The position numbers were made by a program, and so were the translations under genes. This document shows positions 44,254-53,390 of a stretch of 64,000 bases of DNA, piece after piece (within the stretch, counting starts at the first letter, position 1; each line of letters starts with the position of its first letter). Location of the stretch: contig DATJUN010000020.1 of NCBI GenBank assembly GCA_035502275.1, forward strand, positions 1,821 through 65,820, in the 5' to 3' direction. Origin of the DNA: Steroidobacteraceae bacterium. GTDB taxonomy: Bacteria > Pseudomonadota > Gammaproteobacteria > Steroidobacterales > Steroidobacteraceae. The notes under the pieces were generated by a model that did not search any database, was not told where the DNA came from, and saw only the letters and a list, made by a program, of their open reading frames with translations.

Positions 44254-46197
44254 ATGCTGCGTGCCTGCCCGAAGCGCGCGCCGTTGGCCGCGCGGGTATC
44301 GATCTTACCGTTAGTGCTGATTGGCCTGGCAATCCAGGCGACTGCAGCCACACCCAATCTCGCAGCGCTGCTGCGGCCGGGCGGTGTCCGCGCCGTACAG
44401 CTCTCGCCTTCAGGCTCGCGCGTCGCTGCCATCGTGCAAGGCGAGCAGAGCGACAGCGACCTGCTCGTGCTCGAAGAACGTCAGGGCAAGCTGACGACGT
44501 TGCTGTCGACCCACCTCGACAGTGCCGACGGCATTGCCGGGTACCGGTGGCTCTCAGACGATTACCTCGCGATCTACTACGCAGGTGATAACGACGAATT
44601 CGCACAGTTCGGGCTGCTCGACATTCCGCACCATGCGCTGCACGTGCAGGATCCCTTCACGCAGATCATCAAGGCTCCGTGGGGCGACGATACACACATG
44701 CTGCTGTCCGCAACGGGCGCAGCCAATTGCCGCAGCCACACCGTGGCGCGCTGCCTGCTGACGATGGACATTCGCTCGGGCAACAGCATTCGCTTCTCCG
44801 ATCCGTTCACCCAGGTACCGGTGAGCTTCCTGGCGGTTTCCACCAGCGAGATTTACGCGAGCGGACGCGACGGCGCCGGCCACGCGCATGACTATCAGCT
44901 CGATGTCTCCAGCCGCGAATGGAAACCAGTGGCCGACGGCACCCTGCAACGTCGGCAACAGGAACTGCAGGATGCGCCACCGCCGGCCGAAGTTCTGCAG
45001 CAGCAGACGCATGCGGCCATGCCCGCTGCCCTGCCCGTGTGGACCGAACCGGATCATCGCCTGGTCGGTCTGCTGGGGCTCGCCCCGCAGCGCGCCTTTC
45101 TTGCGCTGGATTCACGCCTTGATGGCGTGCAGGCACTGCTCGAGCAGAAATATCCCGAAGCGCGCGTGCAGATGAGCGGCCTCAATGCCGATCTGACGCG
45201 CGGCATGATCACGATCGCGGGTCCGGATCAGCCCCCGCTATACGTTTTTTTCACCGCGACCGGTTCGCTCACGCAATACGCCCAGCTCGAGCCTGACTTC
45301 AATCCCTCGGTGCTCGGACGCACGCACATGGAGCGTTCCTGGGTCGACGGTATGCCCGTCGCGATAACGCTGCCGCCACAAGGCATCACACCGGTCGGCG
45401 CCGTCATCGAACCCGTCATTGCCATGGCACCGCAGGCCGAGGAACCGCTGTCGCAGTACGACGGCCTGGTGCAGGCACTCTCGGAGAGTGGCCTGGTGGT
45501 CGTGCGACCCCTGATTGTCATTCCTTCCTCCTTTGACACACCTGCCGATGGGGGCGTGTGGCGGCAGCTACAGGGCGATCGGCTGCACATGCTCATGAGT
45601 CACGTGCGCGCAGCGCTCGTGCCCGGCAAAGCCGTGTGCCTGTACGGGGAGAATCTTGCGGGCACGCTGGCGCTGGCCTGGTCCGGCACGACCCGGGCTG
45701 ATTGCACCGTGACGGTCGGCGCACGACTCGATCCGGCAGCCTACACACATCCAATCATCATCATCCGCACCCAGCAGGGCGCACGTGCCATACGCCACGG
45801 TCGCATGTTCGTGCCCGCTCCGCCGGGCCAGGTGACCATGAGGGCCAGCGATCAGCAGCTGCATCGCGACCTGCCCGCGCAATTCGCAGTTGCAGGCACC
45901 GGTCAGCTCGTCGAGCCGACACACTGGGCGGCGCAGCTGCCGACAAGGCTGATGCTCGCCTATGATATGCAACTGCGCGCGCAGCAGGAGTTCGCGAGCG
46001 AATCGGGGGCATTTCGCCGGGCGGCCCAGCGCGCCGGGCGGCAGGTCGACTTCTACGCCAGTGAGAGCGTGGCTATCGACGACATCCAGTCGCGCGACCG
46101 GATGCTGCAGGCGGTCATCGATTACCTGCACCGGGCCATGATGACGCTACCAGCTGCCGCGACGGCAAGCACAGCCGGTGCGGCCCGTTCGCCCTGA
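44254..46197 (+). CDS. Secreted S9-peptidase-like protein without a visible nucleophile (paralog 2)
   Basis: Colinear with 38339-40243. Shared blocks: LSPSG.R.AA, GY.WL.D.YL, D.PHHA.H, KAPWGD..H.LLS.TG, RCLLT, SEIYASGRD.AG, GPDQPP.Y, LGRTH.ER.W..G.PV..TLPP.G. The elbow position reads CLYGENLAGTLALAWSG. Confidence 0.6.
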   Translation: MLRACPKRAPLAARVSILPLVLIGLAIQATAATPNLAALLRPGGVRAVQLSPSGSRVAAIVQGEQSDSDLLVLEERQGKLTTLLSTHLDSADGIAGYRWLSDDYLAIYYAGDNDEFAQFGLLDIPHHALHVQDPFTQIIKAPWGDDTHMLLSATGAANCRSHTVARCLLTMDIRSGNSIRFSDPFTQVPVSFLAVSTSEIYASGRDGAGHAHDYQLDVSSREWKPVADGTLQRRQQELQDAPPPAEVLQQQTHAAMPAALPVWTEPDHRLVGLLGLAPQRAFLALDSRLDGVQALLEQKYPEARVQMSGLNADLTRGMITIAGPDQPPLYVFFTATGSLTQYAQLEPDFNPSVLGRTHMERSWVDGMPVAITLPPQGITPVGAVIEPVIAMAPQAEEPLSQYDGLVQALSESGLVVVRPLIVIPSSFDTPADGGVWRQLQGDRLHMLMSHVRAALVPGKAVCLYGENLAGTLALAWSGTTRADCTVTVGARLDPAAYTHPIIIIRTQQGARAIRHGRMFVPAPPGQVTMRASDQQLHRDLPAQFAVAGTGQLVEPTHWAAQLPTRLMLAYDMQLRAQQEFASESGAFRRAAQRAGRQVDFYASESVAIDDIQSRDRMLQAVIDYLHRAMMTLPAAATASTAGAARSP

Positions 46198-46236
46198 GGC
46201 CCCTCGCCCATGCCGCCCGTGCCCTTAGCTTTGCCC

Positions 46237-48207
46237 TCACTGCGCGGCGAACGCCAGCACCACATTGCCCGAGTGGGCGACTCCTGATTGTCCGACGGAG
46301 TATCCGGAGCCTACGAACAGCATTCCGCCGACGACGGTGACGCCCTGCGAGCCCATCGCGCCACCGTGGGCTGGAACGTGATTCACCGTATCGAACGAGC
46401 GGTCCGTCTGATAGCTCCAGAGCACGTGTCCATCGCGGCTGGAAGCCGCCACGATGCTGCCGTCGGAGCCGCCGAGAAAAATGACTCCCGGGATCGCGGT
46501 CGCGGGCGAATCATAGCCAACACGCTGTTCCCCCGAATCGGTATGGATCGGGACCTGCCAAAGCCGCATGCCATCGGCAATGTGGATCGCGGCCAGGCCG
46601 CCGCCGACCTTCAGGCCGTAGTAGACGTTCCCGTCATCGACCGCCCCTCCCCACTGGATGCCGGTCTGGCGGAAGGCGGCGGGGCCGAAGGGCAGCCGCT
46701 GGGCCAGCTTGCCGGTCACGTTGGTGCGCCAGACGAGCCTGCCATCGTGATCCGGGTCGAAGGCGAGCACATCGCCGGGCTTGGTAGCCACCACGATCAG
46801 GCGATGGCCGTCGGGCAGGCGGTAGAGAATGGGCGATGCCGGCACATCCCAGTCCGGCCCCTCCGTTTGCGGACAGTTGTCGGTCGCACTGTCTCCGTAG
46901 CAGCCGCCGAGAAAGGCATCACCGCTGGTGATCTGATAGTGCCAGAGCATGTGCCCGTCCTTCATGGACAGCGCCATGACGGAATCGGACGTCGGCGCGG
47001 CCGGATCCGTGGTCGCATCGCCGGTACCGAAATAGATGGCCTGCCGTACCGGATCGACCACTGGCGTGTTCCACACCGAGCCGCCGGCGGGCGCGTACTG
47101 CTGCACGCCCTTGGAGTTGCGACGGGTCGGCTTCGGTCGCTGCGGGATCACATAGGTGTTCCACAGGATCCTGCCGGTATGGGCATCCAGCGCCACGATC
47201 TCGCCAACCGACGTGCAGCACGGATAGTCGAGCGACGCCGCCGAGAACTCCTCCCAGGAGGAGATTGGCACGTACAGTTTGCCGGCGTAGTAGGCCGGCG
47301 GCGCCGTGACCCGATCGGTGTACTGCTGCTCCACATGCGTGGACCACAGCTGCCGACCGGTGCGCGCATCGAGCGCATAGACATTGGCCTTCAGATCGCC
47401 GAACAGCGCGACATCGCGCTGCCGTCCCTTCACCGCGATGCGCTCGACGCGCAGCGCATTGCGCACGCCGGCCTGGGCGAGAAAGGACCAGTAGATGCAG
47501 CCGCTGCGCGCATCCATCGAGTACACGTAGCCAGTATCGGTGCCGACGAAGACACGGCCGGAGACCACCACCGGCTCGCTGTAGGCCGAGGTGGAATTGG
47601 GCAGGCCAAAGGCCCACTTCAATTTGAGGCGTGGCAGATCCTCGGTCGTCAGCCCCGCCGCGGCGCGTGGCTGAAAGCGCGTGTTGTCCCGATTATTTCC
47701 CCAGCCATTCCAGGAAGGACCGGCCGAGGGCGCACGCAGCGCCGGATCGGCGGCGCAGTGATCGGCCATATTCTTGTAGTCACCCTGCGGAGAGGTGCCG
47801 AGCAATCGGCCAGCCACCGCCTGTGCGACCAGGCGCCGCTGCTGATCGGTCAACTTATCGCCGACGGCTTTCATCACCCCGGAGCTGAGCGCCGTGTAGA
47901 TGCGCTCGGGCGAGTAGGTTCGCAGCACCGCTGGCAACGGGGCCTGCTTGACGTTCGGGTTTCCGTGGCAGGACAGACAGGTGTTCTGGAAAATGGCGAA
48001 TCCCTGCTCCGTGCCCGCGGTGAGCCCCTTGTCGGGCGCAGGGGCCGGCGGCGGGGCAGCAGATCTCTGCGCCGCCGCGGGTGCCTGGGCCCACACCGCA
48101 AGCGTCCCAGCGAAGCTGAGCAGTGCGCACAGCGCGATGGTGCGCGCAGCCCCCAAGGCCGATGCATTCGCTGCACCGGCCGCCAAGCCGTACCTTTCGA
48201 TCCGCAT
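46237..48207 (-). CDS. Quinohemoprotein dehydrogenase (cytochrome c plus PQQ propeller, PVA-dehydrogenase-like), copy 2
   Basis: Colinear with 25479-27350 and roughly 60 percent identical by eye, including CLSCHG and YSPERI..ALSSG..AVG.KL.D.Q.RLVAQAVAGRLLG. Trimmed to the ATG at 48207. Confidence 0.75.
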   Translation of the reverse strand: MRIERYGLAAGAANASALGAARTIALCALLSFAGTLAVWAQAPAAAQRSAAPPPAPAPDKGLTAGTEQGFAIFQNTCLSCHGNPNVKQAPLPAVLRTYSPERIYTALSSGVMKAVGDKLTDQQRRLVAQAVAGRLLGTSPQGDYKNMADHCAADPALRAPSAGPSWNGWGNNRDNTRFQPRAAAGLTTEDLPRLKLKWAFGLPNSTSAYSEPVVVSGRVFVGTDTGYVYSMDARSGCIYWSFLAQAGVRNALRVERIAVKGRQRDVALFGDLKANVYALDARTGRQLWSTHVEQQYTDRVTAPPAYYAGKLYVPISSWEEFSAASLDYPCCTSVGEIVALDAHTGRILWNTYVIPQRPKPTRRNSKGVQQYAPAGGSVWNTPVVDPVRQAIYFGTGDATTDPAAPTSDSVMALSMKDGHMLWHYQITSGDAFLGGCYGDSATDNCPQTEGPDWDVPASPILYRLPDGHRLIVVATKPGDVLAFDPDHDGRLVWRTNVTGKLAQRLPFGPAAFRQTGIQWGGAVDDGNVYYGLKVGGGLAAIHIADGMRLWQVPIHTDSGEQRVGYDSPATAIPGVIFLGGSDGSIVAASSRDGHVLWSYQTDRSFDTVNHVPAHGGAMGSQGVTVVGGMLFVGSGYSVGQSGVAHSGNVVLAFAAQ

Positions 48208-48366
48208 AAGGCCCCCGAAGTGTGGAATGGGCGCGCTGTCGAGCGATGCGTCCCCTGCGCCGGCGGGACGCTCAGAACGCGCCAGCGCAACCATATCGCT
48301 TCGATATCTGAGCGGTCAATGGACCACGGCGCACCGAGCTCGTGCGCGTGGCGTAAAATCGCGTGG

Positions 48367-49827
48367 ATGCGCCTGCTCTACATCGACATCGATACGTTGC
48401 GGTTCGATCATCTGGGCTGCTACGGCTACCCGCGCAACACCACCCCACACATCGACCGCCTGGCGGCGCAGGCCATCGTCTTCGACCGGATCTACGCCTC
48501 CGACACGCCGTGCCTGCCGAGCCGTACGGCGCTGCTCACCGGGCAATTCGGCATGCGTAACGGCGTCGTCAATCACGGCGGGACCGACGCCGACCCGGCG
48601 ATGGAGGGCGCGACACGCGGATTCCATACCCATCTGATGATGGACTCGTTTCCAAACAGGCTGAAGCGTGCCGGCCTGCGCACCGTGACGGTGAGCTCCT
48701 TCGCGTTCCGTCATTCAGCCTTCCACTGGTATGCAGGCTTCGATGAAGCCTACAACGTCGGCAAATACGGCATGGAAACGGCGGAGGAAGTGTATGCGGT
48801 CGCCGCCGAGTGGCTGCAGCGGCGCGGCGGCTCGGACAACTGGTTCCTGCACGTTCATCTTTGGGACCCGCATGGGCCCTATCGGGCGGCCGCCGCCTAC
48901 GGAGAGCCGTTCTCCGATCAGCCACACCCGACGTGGCTTACGGAGCAGATTCGCGCCAGCCACTGGCGCGGCTGCGGCCCACACAGCGCGCAGGAGGGAC
49001 GCGGCTTTCATCCCAACGAATACGACCGTGCCCACTATCCGCGTCAGCCGCAGGAGATCTTCGACATGGCCGCGGTGCGCGCCATGTTCGACGGCTACGA
49101 CACCGGCGTGATGGTCGCGGATCTGTACGCCGGACGGTTGTTTCGCCTGCTCGAGGAGCTCGGTATCTCGGACGATACGGCCGTGATGATCTCCTCCGAT
49201 CACGGCGAGACGCTGGGCGAGCTGAACATCTACTGTGATCACCACACCGCCGATGAATACACGACGCACGTGCCGTTGATCCTGAAGTGGCCCGGACTCG
49301 GCGCCGGCCGCCACGCGGGGATGCACTATCAGATCGATGTCAGCGCCACCCTGCTCGAGCTGCTCGGCCAGGAAGTGCCGGACAGCTGGGACGGACAATC
49401 CTTTGCGACGGGCCTGAAGACGCGCAGCGACGGCGGCCGCGATCATCTGGTGCTGTCACAGGGGGCCTGGACCTGTCAGCGTGGCGTGCGCTTCGAGGAT
49501 TGGATGCTCATCAGTACGCTGCACGATGGCTATCATCTGTTCGACGAAGTCATGCTGTTCGATCTCGAGCACGATCCCTTCGAGCAGCGCAATCTGGCGG
49601 ACAGCCGACCTGAAGTGGTCGCGCGCGGCCTCACGCTGCTGTCGCACTGGCATGCGCGCATGCTGCCGCACGCCGCGCGCGGACGCGATCCGCTCGAGCA
49701 CGTGGTGCGCGAGGGCGGCCCCTTTCATGTGCGTGGCGAGCTGCCCGCGTATCTGCAGCGCCTGCGCGCGACAGGACGCGCCGATCAGGCGGCGCTGCTG
49801 GCGGCGAGGTATCCCTCGCTCGCTTGA
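48367..49827 (+). CDS. Cys-type sulfatase (alkaline-phosphatase superfamily), no signal peptide
   Basis: LLYIDIDTLRFDHLGCYGY and the sulfatase signature TPCLPSRTALLTGQ (CxPxR formylglycine motif). An alternative start is at 48319. The upstream 690 aa of the 1179-aa track ORF is antisense to the PQQ gene and is rejected. Confidence 0.8.
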   Translation: MRLLYIDIDTLRFDHLGCYGYPRNTTPHIDRLAAQAIVFDRIYASDTPCLPSRTALLTGQFGMRNGVVNHGGTDADPAMEGATRGFHTHLMMDSFPNRLKRAGLRTVTVSSFAFRHSAFHWYAGFDEAYNVGKYGMETAEEVYAVAAEWLQRRGGSDNWFLHVHLWDPHGPYRAAAAYGEPFSDQPHPTWLTEQIRASHWRGCGPHSAQEGRGFHPNEYDRAHYPRQPQEIFDMAAVRAMFDGYDTGVMVADLYAGRLFRLLEELGISDDTAVMISSDHGETLGELNIYCDHHTADEYTTHVPLILKWPGLGAGRHAGMHYQIDVSATLLELLGQEVPDSWDGQSFATGLKTRSDGGRDHLVLSQGAWTCQRGVRFEDWMLISTLHDGYHLFDEVMLFDLEHDPFEQRNLADSRPEVVARGLTLLSHWHARMLPHAARGRDPLEHVVREGGPFHVRGELPAYLQRLRATGRADQAALLAARYPSLA

Positions 49828-49877
49828 GCTGCCGGGACGCGAGTCTGCGGCGGGCAGATGACGGCGCAGGACGCTCC

Positions 49878-50768
49878 TCAGCCCGCGTCCTTGTCCTTGC
49901 AGGGATGCGGTGCCCAGTTGGCATTATCAGGCTCACTGCGAAAATCCGAGCTGGTGATGAACGGCGCCATGAGATATTCCGGATCCACGACGTCCGTGGT
50001 CACATCGAACCACTTCTTTCCCACGGGGTCGGTGAAGGTCTGATAGTACTCGGTGAGCCGTGTATGCGAGCCGTAGGGGACGCCGTTGCGTCGCAGCCAG
50101 CCGGGGGCCAGATTCGAGGTGAGCACTTCCAGATCGCCGCCGGGCTCGGGCGCCGAAGGCGGGCCGAATCCACCGCCACGCTGTGGGCCGCGCAGCCCTT
50201 CATTGGCATTGATCGCATACGGCAACTGCCAGATCGCGACGGAGTTTCCCTGCAGGGAGGCGGCGCCCTGATCAGGACCGGCCGCAGCGCGCGCCGTCGC
50301 AGGCGCAGCGCCGTTATTTCCCATCGCACTCTCGCCGTAGGGCCTGCCGGGTATGAAATGGAACGTACGGGTCTGCTCGCCCCAATCCGTTTCCAGCTTG
50401 AGCGTATCGGGATCGCTCCAGGTGATGTGCACCCGCGTGGGCATGCGCATGAGGCCGGCGGCACCGTAGGCCAGGCAGGAGCCGTCCTGCGCCGTCGTCC
50501 ACAGGTCGGCGAGTTTCTTTCCGGCGGGGTTCAGCGGCACGCTGGCGTAGTCGCCGTGCGGGGGCGTGAGCATGCGCCAGCGCCAGTCCTCCGTGATGAC
50601 CGACACCCAATAGCCCGTCAGATCGATTGGCGCTGCTTCCTGCGCCGTTCCGGGAGCTTTCGGCCGCGCAGGCGCAGCGCGCTGCGCGAGCACCCCCTGT
50701 GACAGCAGCAGCGCAGGCACGAGCGCAGTGAAGCACGCGAGATGGCGCAATTTCATCTTATGATTCAT
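49878..50768 (-). CDS. Exported hypothetical protein, family X, short form (module 1, third gene)
   Basis: Signal peptide ..LLLSQGVLAQ, then DLTGYWVS, GDYASVPLN, C..YGAAG, LRRNGVPYG, DPEYLMAPF and a C-terminal PHPC. Paralog of 62010-62801. Confidence 0.65.
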   Translation of the reverse strand: MNHKMKLRHLACFTALVPALLLSQGVLAQRAAPARPKAPGTAQEAAPIDLTGYWVSVITEDWRWRMLTPPHGDYASVPLNPAGKKLADLWTTAQDGSCLAYGAAGLMRMPTRVHITWSDPDTLKLETDWGEQTRTFHFIPGRPYGESAMGNNGAAPATARAAAGPDQGAASLQGNSVAIWQLPYAINANEGLRGPQRGGGFGPPSAPEPGGDLEVLTSNLAPGWLRRNGVPYGSHTRLTEYYQTFTDPVGKKWFDVTTDVVDPEYLMAPFITSSDFRSEPDNANWAPHPCKDKDAG

Positions 50769-50769
50769 A

Positions 50770-51990
50770 TCAGTACTTCTTGCCGTTGGTTACCGCGGCG
50801 TCGGCGGGCACCAGCGTCGTGGTCTGCATCGAAAAGCTCGGGCCGTGCGCCGGCAGAGTCTTATAGATGGCCTCGATGAACTGGCGGGTCGTCCACGGAC
50901 CATCGTCATGGCCCCAGCGCTGGTCGTAGTCCCAGCTCGGCTTGATCGCCAGCACCTGCTGCAGTGTCTTGCCCTGATTCTTGTAGTACTGGACGCGATT
51001 GCGAATGATGGTCACGACGTTCTTGTAATGCACGACATCGGACTGGTCCCCGAACCTGCCATGTCCCGGAATGATGAGTGTGCCGCCTTCCTGCTTATCC
51101 TCCGGCACCGACATGTCGATGATGTGGTTCAGGGCCACGAGCTCCCCGTCGATGGTGCCCCCGCGTGCGGTATCGATGATGGGATAGCCCGTCAGGTCGA
51201 CGACATCCCCGGTGACCACGACATCGGAGCGGCGGAACATCACGATCAGATTGCCATCGGTGGTGGCATCGTGGGGATGGAACAGCTGCACCGCCTCCCC
51301 ATTGAAATGCATGTTGTAGGTGTCGAAGTCTTCGGTATCGGTCGGCCAGTTGGGCTGGGCCGCGTCGGCCACGCCGTTGGCGTTCTCCTGCACCAGCCGG
51401 GTCAGCAGGTTCTGGGTGGCGATCACACCAGCCCCGGATGTCAGCCCGGGATTATCGCGCGCGAAGTTGCCGGCCACGATGGTGCTACCGGCCTCGCGGA
51501 TGACGGCATTGCCGCCGATGTGATCGGGTAAGCCATCCGTATCGATGACGTAGCGGATCGCCTTCTGATCACCGCCTTTTTCCTGGTCCAGGCGCTGAAT
51601 CTGCGACAGCAGCTCCCTGGCCATGTCCTTCACGCCGGTGTCGACGACCAGCACGCCCTCATCGCCGATCTGCACGGCGACACTGGCTTCGCGCGGCTCA
51701 CCGGCCATGAGCCACACCTGGCCCTGAGCCTGATAGGGCTGAATGTGTCCATCACTGCGTGGCAGTGCGTAGATGTCCTCGCCCGGCGAGCCCGACTGCG
51801 TGGCCTCGCTGTCGGGCTCGGCCGCAGCGGCTGCTGCATAGGGCAGCGCCGCGAGGCTCGCCGTCGCAAGCACGATACCCGCAATGCTGGCCACCACCGC
51901 GAGCGAGCCGCGGGTGCGGCCAGCTCCCTGGTGACGGGGTGGAAAAGTCTGCACGGTGTACTCCGTGAGGATGGACCCGGACGGCTTCAT
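50770..51990 (-). CDS. MBL-fold protein with a degenerate metal-binding motif (module 1, second gene)
   Basis: The beta-lactamase-fold block order is recognisable (VLVVDTG ... IRYVIDTDGLPDHIGGN ... HPHDATTDGNLIV ... VVVTGDVV ... IIPGHG), but HxHxDH reads DxLxDH. Has an N-terminal hydrophobic export segment. ATGA overlap upstream and a 1-nt gap downstream. Confidence 0.65.
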   Translation of the reverse strand: MKPSGSILTEYTVQTFPPRHQGAGRTRGSLAVVASIAGIVLATASLAALPYAAAAAAEPDSEATQSGSPGEDIYALPRSDGHIQPYQAQGQVWLMAGEPREASVAVQIGDEGVLVVDTGVKDMARELLSQIQRLDQEKGGDQKAIRYVIDTDGLPDHIGGNAVIREAGSTIVAGNFARDNPGLTSGAGVIATQNLLTRLVQENANGVADAAQPNWPTDTEDFDTYNMHFNGEAVQLFHPHDATTDGNLIVMFRRSDVVVTGDVVDLTGYPIIDTARGGTIDGELVALNHIIDMSVPEDKQEGGTLIIPGHGRFGDQSDVVHYKNVVTIIRNRVQYYKNQGKTLQQVLAIKPSWDYDQRWGHDDGPWTTRQFIEAIYKTLPAHGPSFSMQTTTLVPADAAVTNGKKY

Positions 51991-52910
51991 TGGGCCGCCT
52001 CTTCCCGGATGATCTGCTGCTCCTGCTTCTCGATCTGGGACAGCGGCGGATTGGGTGGCATCTTCTTCATGGTGTCCTGGTATTCCGGCAATGCGGTCTG
52101 GGCACCCCCGAGCGAAGCCTTGATGGGTACCCCGTTACGCACCGCGTATTCATCCATCATGGCGTTGTAGCCGGGCAGGTGCATTGGCACGATGCCCTCG
52201 GCGCGGGGAATCTCATCGACCTGGCTGCAGGGATAGGGCTCCATCTCCCCGTCAGCCGCACGGAACCATTCATTGCTCTTGACCAGGGGCTCGCTCAGGT
52301 ACTGCGGGTCGGAGATCATCATGATATCGGTGAGAATGTCCCCGTAGCGCATGAAGCGCTCGTCCATGGTCGCCTTGTCATCGGTGGGCAGGCCGTTGCG
52401 GCGCGTCCAGGCAGCCTTGACCATGTCGGTGTGCACATGGAGCACATTGCCGACCCAGTGCCCCACCGAGTAGCCCTGCCAGGTCTCGCGTGCCCACGGC
52501 GGGGGATGCGGATGAGGCACCATCCAGATGTGGCGGTGCTGTGACATCCACATGATCCAGGTTTCGATCTGGGTCTGGGCGTTGGTATAGGGGTCGCGAT
52601 CCTCCCAGATGCGCAGGTTCCCCACCGCACGGGTCCCGTAGATGGATGGGTGCGGCCGGCACTGCAGCTCCGGCAGTGTCAGGCGCTCGGGGTCCCAGGT
52701 GTGGGCCACCGAGACGGCCGCCGCTGTCACCGGCAGGCCGGCGTAATCTCCCTGATCGGGTCCTGGAATGCGCTCGTTGACGTCCTCGTCGAACAGCGGA
52801 TTCCAGTAGCCATCCAGCAGCGACTGGGCGCCGGAAGGATGAGAAGCCAGCGCCGCGCCGATCGCGTAAGCCACCGCCAGCCAGACAGAATGCCGTCTCG
52901 CTTTCACCAT
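51987..52910 (-). CDS. Exported hypothetical protein, family X, long form (module 1, first gene)
   Basis: Signal peptide ..ASHPSGAQS, then LLDGYWNP, GDYAGLPV, LQCRPHP, GHWVGNVLHV, WTRRNGLPT, DPQYLSEPL and PYPC. Paralog of 62798-63838 and distantly related to 49878-50768. Confidence 0.65.
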   Translation of the reverse strand: MVKARRHSVWLAVAYAIGAALASHPSGAQSLLDGYWNPLFDEDVNERIPGPDQGDYAGLPVTAAAVSVAHTWDPERLTLPELQCRPHPSIYGTRAVGNLRIWEDRDPYTNAQTQIETWIMWMSQHRHIWMVPHPHPPPWARETWQGYSVGHWVGNVLHVHTDMVKAAWTRRNGLPTDDKATMDERFMRYGDILTDIMMISDPQYLSEPLVKSNEWFRAADGEMEPYPCSQVDEIPRAEGIVPMHLPGYNAMMDEYAVRNGVPIKASLGGAQTALPEYQDTMKKMPPNPPLSQIEKQEQQIIREEAAQ

Positions 52911-53312
52911 GTCATGCCTCTGACGTAAATACCGACCCCCGCTGTACGCGGCGCAGCCCCTGACGCACGATCATCCGCCGGGCCACACCGCTCGTGCAGC
53001 GATTGGAAGAAACGTTCTTTTGGTCGCTTAAAGTGATCGCCTGCTGCCACCTGGACGACACCGCATCCGTTGAGCGTCGCTGCGCAAAGTATCCGGGAAG
53101 TTAGGTATAGCAGGCACCGCGCCCCCCGGTATCAGCGCCAGCGCGACCCTAGCGCTCGCCATGATAGTCGTCAATAGCGGCAGGGCGACGCCTGTCCGGC
53201 TGCGCTGCCGGGCAGCTTCACCGAGCAGCCACTGCCGATGCCGCCGGCCGACGCTCCCTGCGTCCAGGCACGCCCGGAAGTTGATACCTTCGACCGTTTT
53301 CCTGTAGCGTTT

Positions 53313-53332
53313 GTAACTGTACACTAAGTTAC
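53313..53332. promoter_or_regulatory. Inverted repeat GTAACT-N8-AGTTAC in an AT-rich island upstream of the TonB-dependent receptor
   Basis: Read directly from the sequence (gtaactgtacactaagttac, containing TGTACA). It lies 160 nt upstream of the receptor start, in the only low-GC stretch of the 582-bp intergenic region. Confidence 0.3.
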
Positions 53333-53354
53333 TCAAAGAACTGTTAGGGGGTCG

Positions 53355-53390
53355 CGAGTCAATTGCGGTGGCGCTGCACCGCCTGACTCG
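53355..53390 (+). other. Interrupted 13-bp stem-loop in the putative 5' leader of the TonB-dependent receptor gene
   Basis: CGAGTCA(att)GCGGTG-gcgctg-CACCGC(c)TGACTCG. The two helices pair 53355-61 with 53384-90 and 53365-70 with 53377-82. Confidence 0.35.

Noticed and set aside
46288-48366. The first 690 or so residues of the 1179-aa plus-strand ORF that ends as the sulfatase.
   Set aside because: This part is antisense to the well-supported PQQ quinohemoprotein gene and has no domain-like sequence. The sulfatase homology starts only at about 48367, so the ORF was trimmed.
53313-53332. The inverted repeat considered as a LexA (SOS) box.
   Set aside because: It matches neither the CTGT-N8-ACAG pattern nor the Xanthomonadales TTAG-N6-TACTA pattern in register. 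No SOS gene is nearby. It is kept only as a generic candidate operator.
53028-53336. 102-aa minus-strand ORF in the receptor upstream region. It has a TTG start and begins SNLVYSYKRYRK.
   Set aside because: It has no RBS, an alternative start codon, mixed composition and no recognisable domain. Most of it is Arg/Ala-rich. It is more likely non-coding regulatory DNA.
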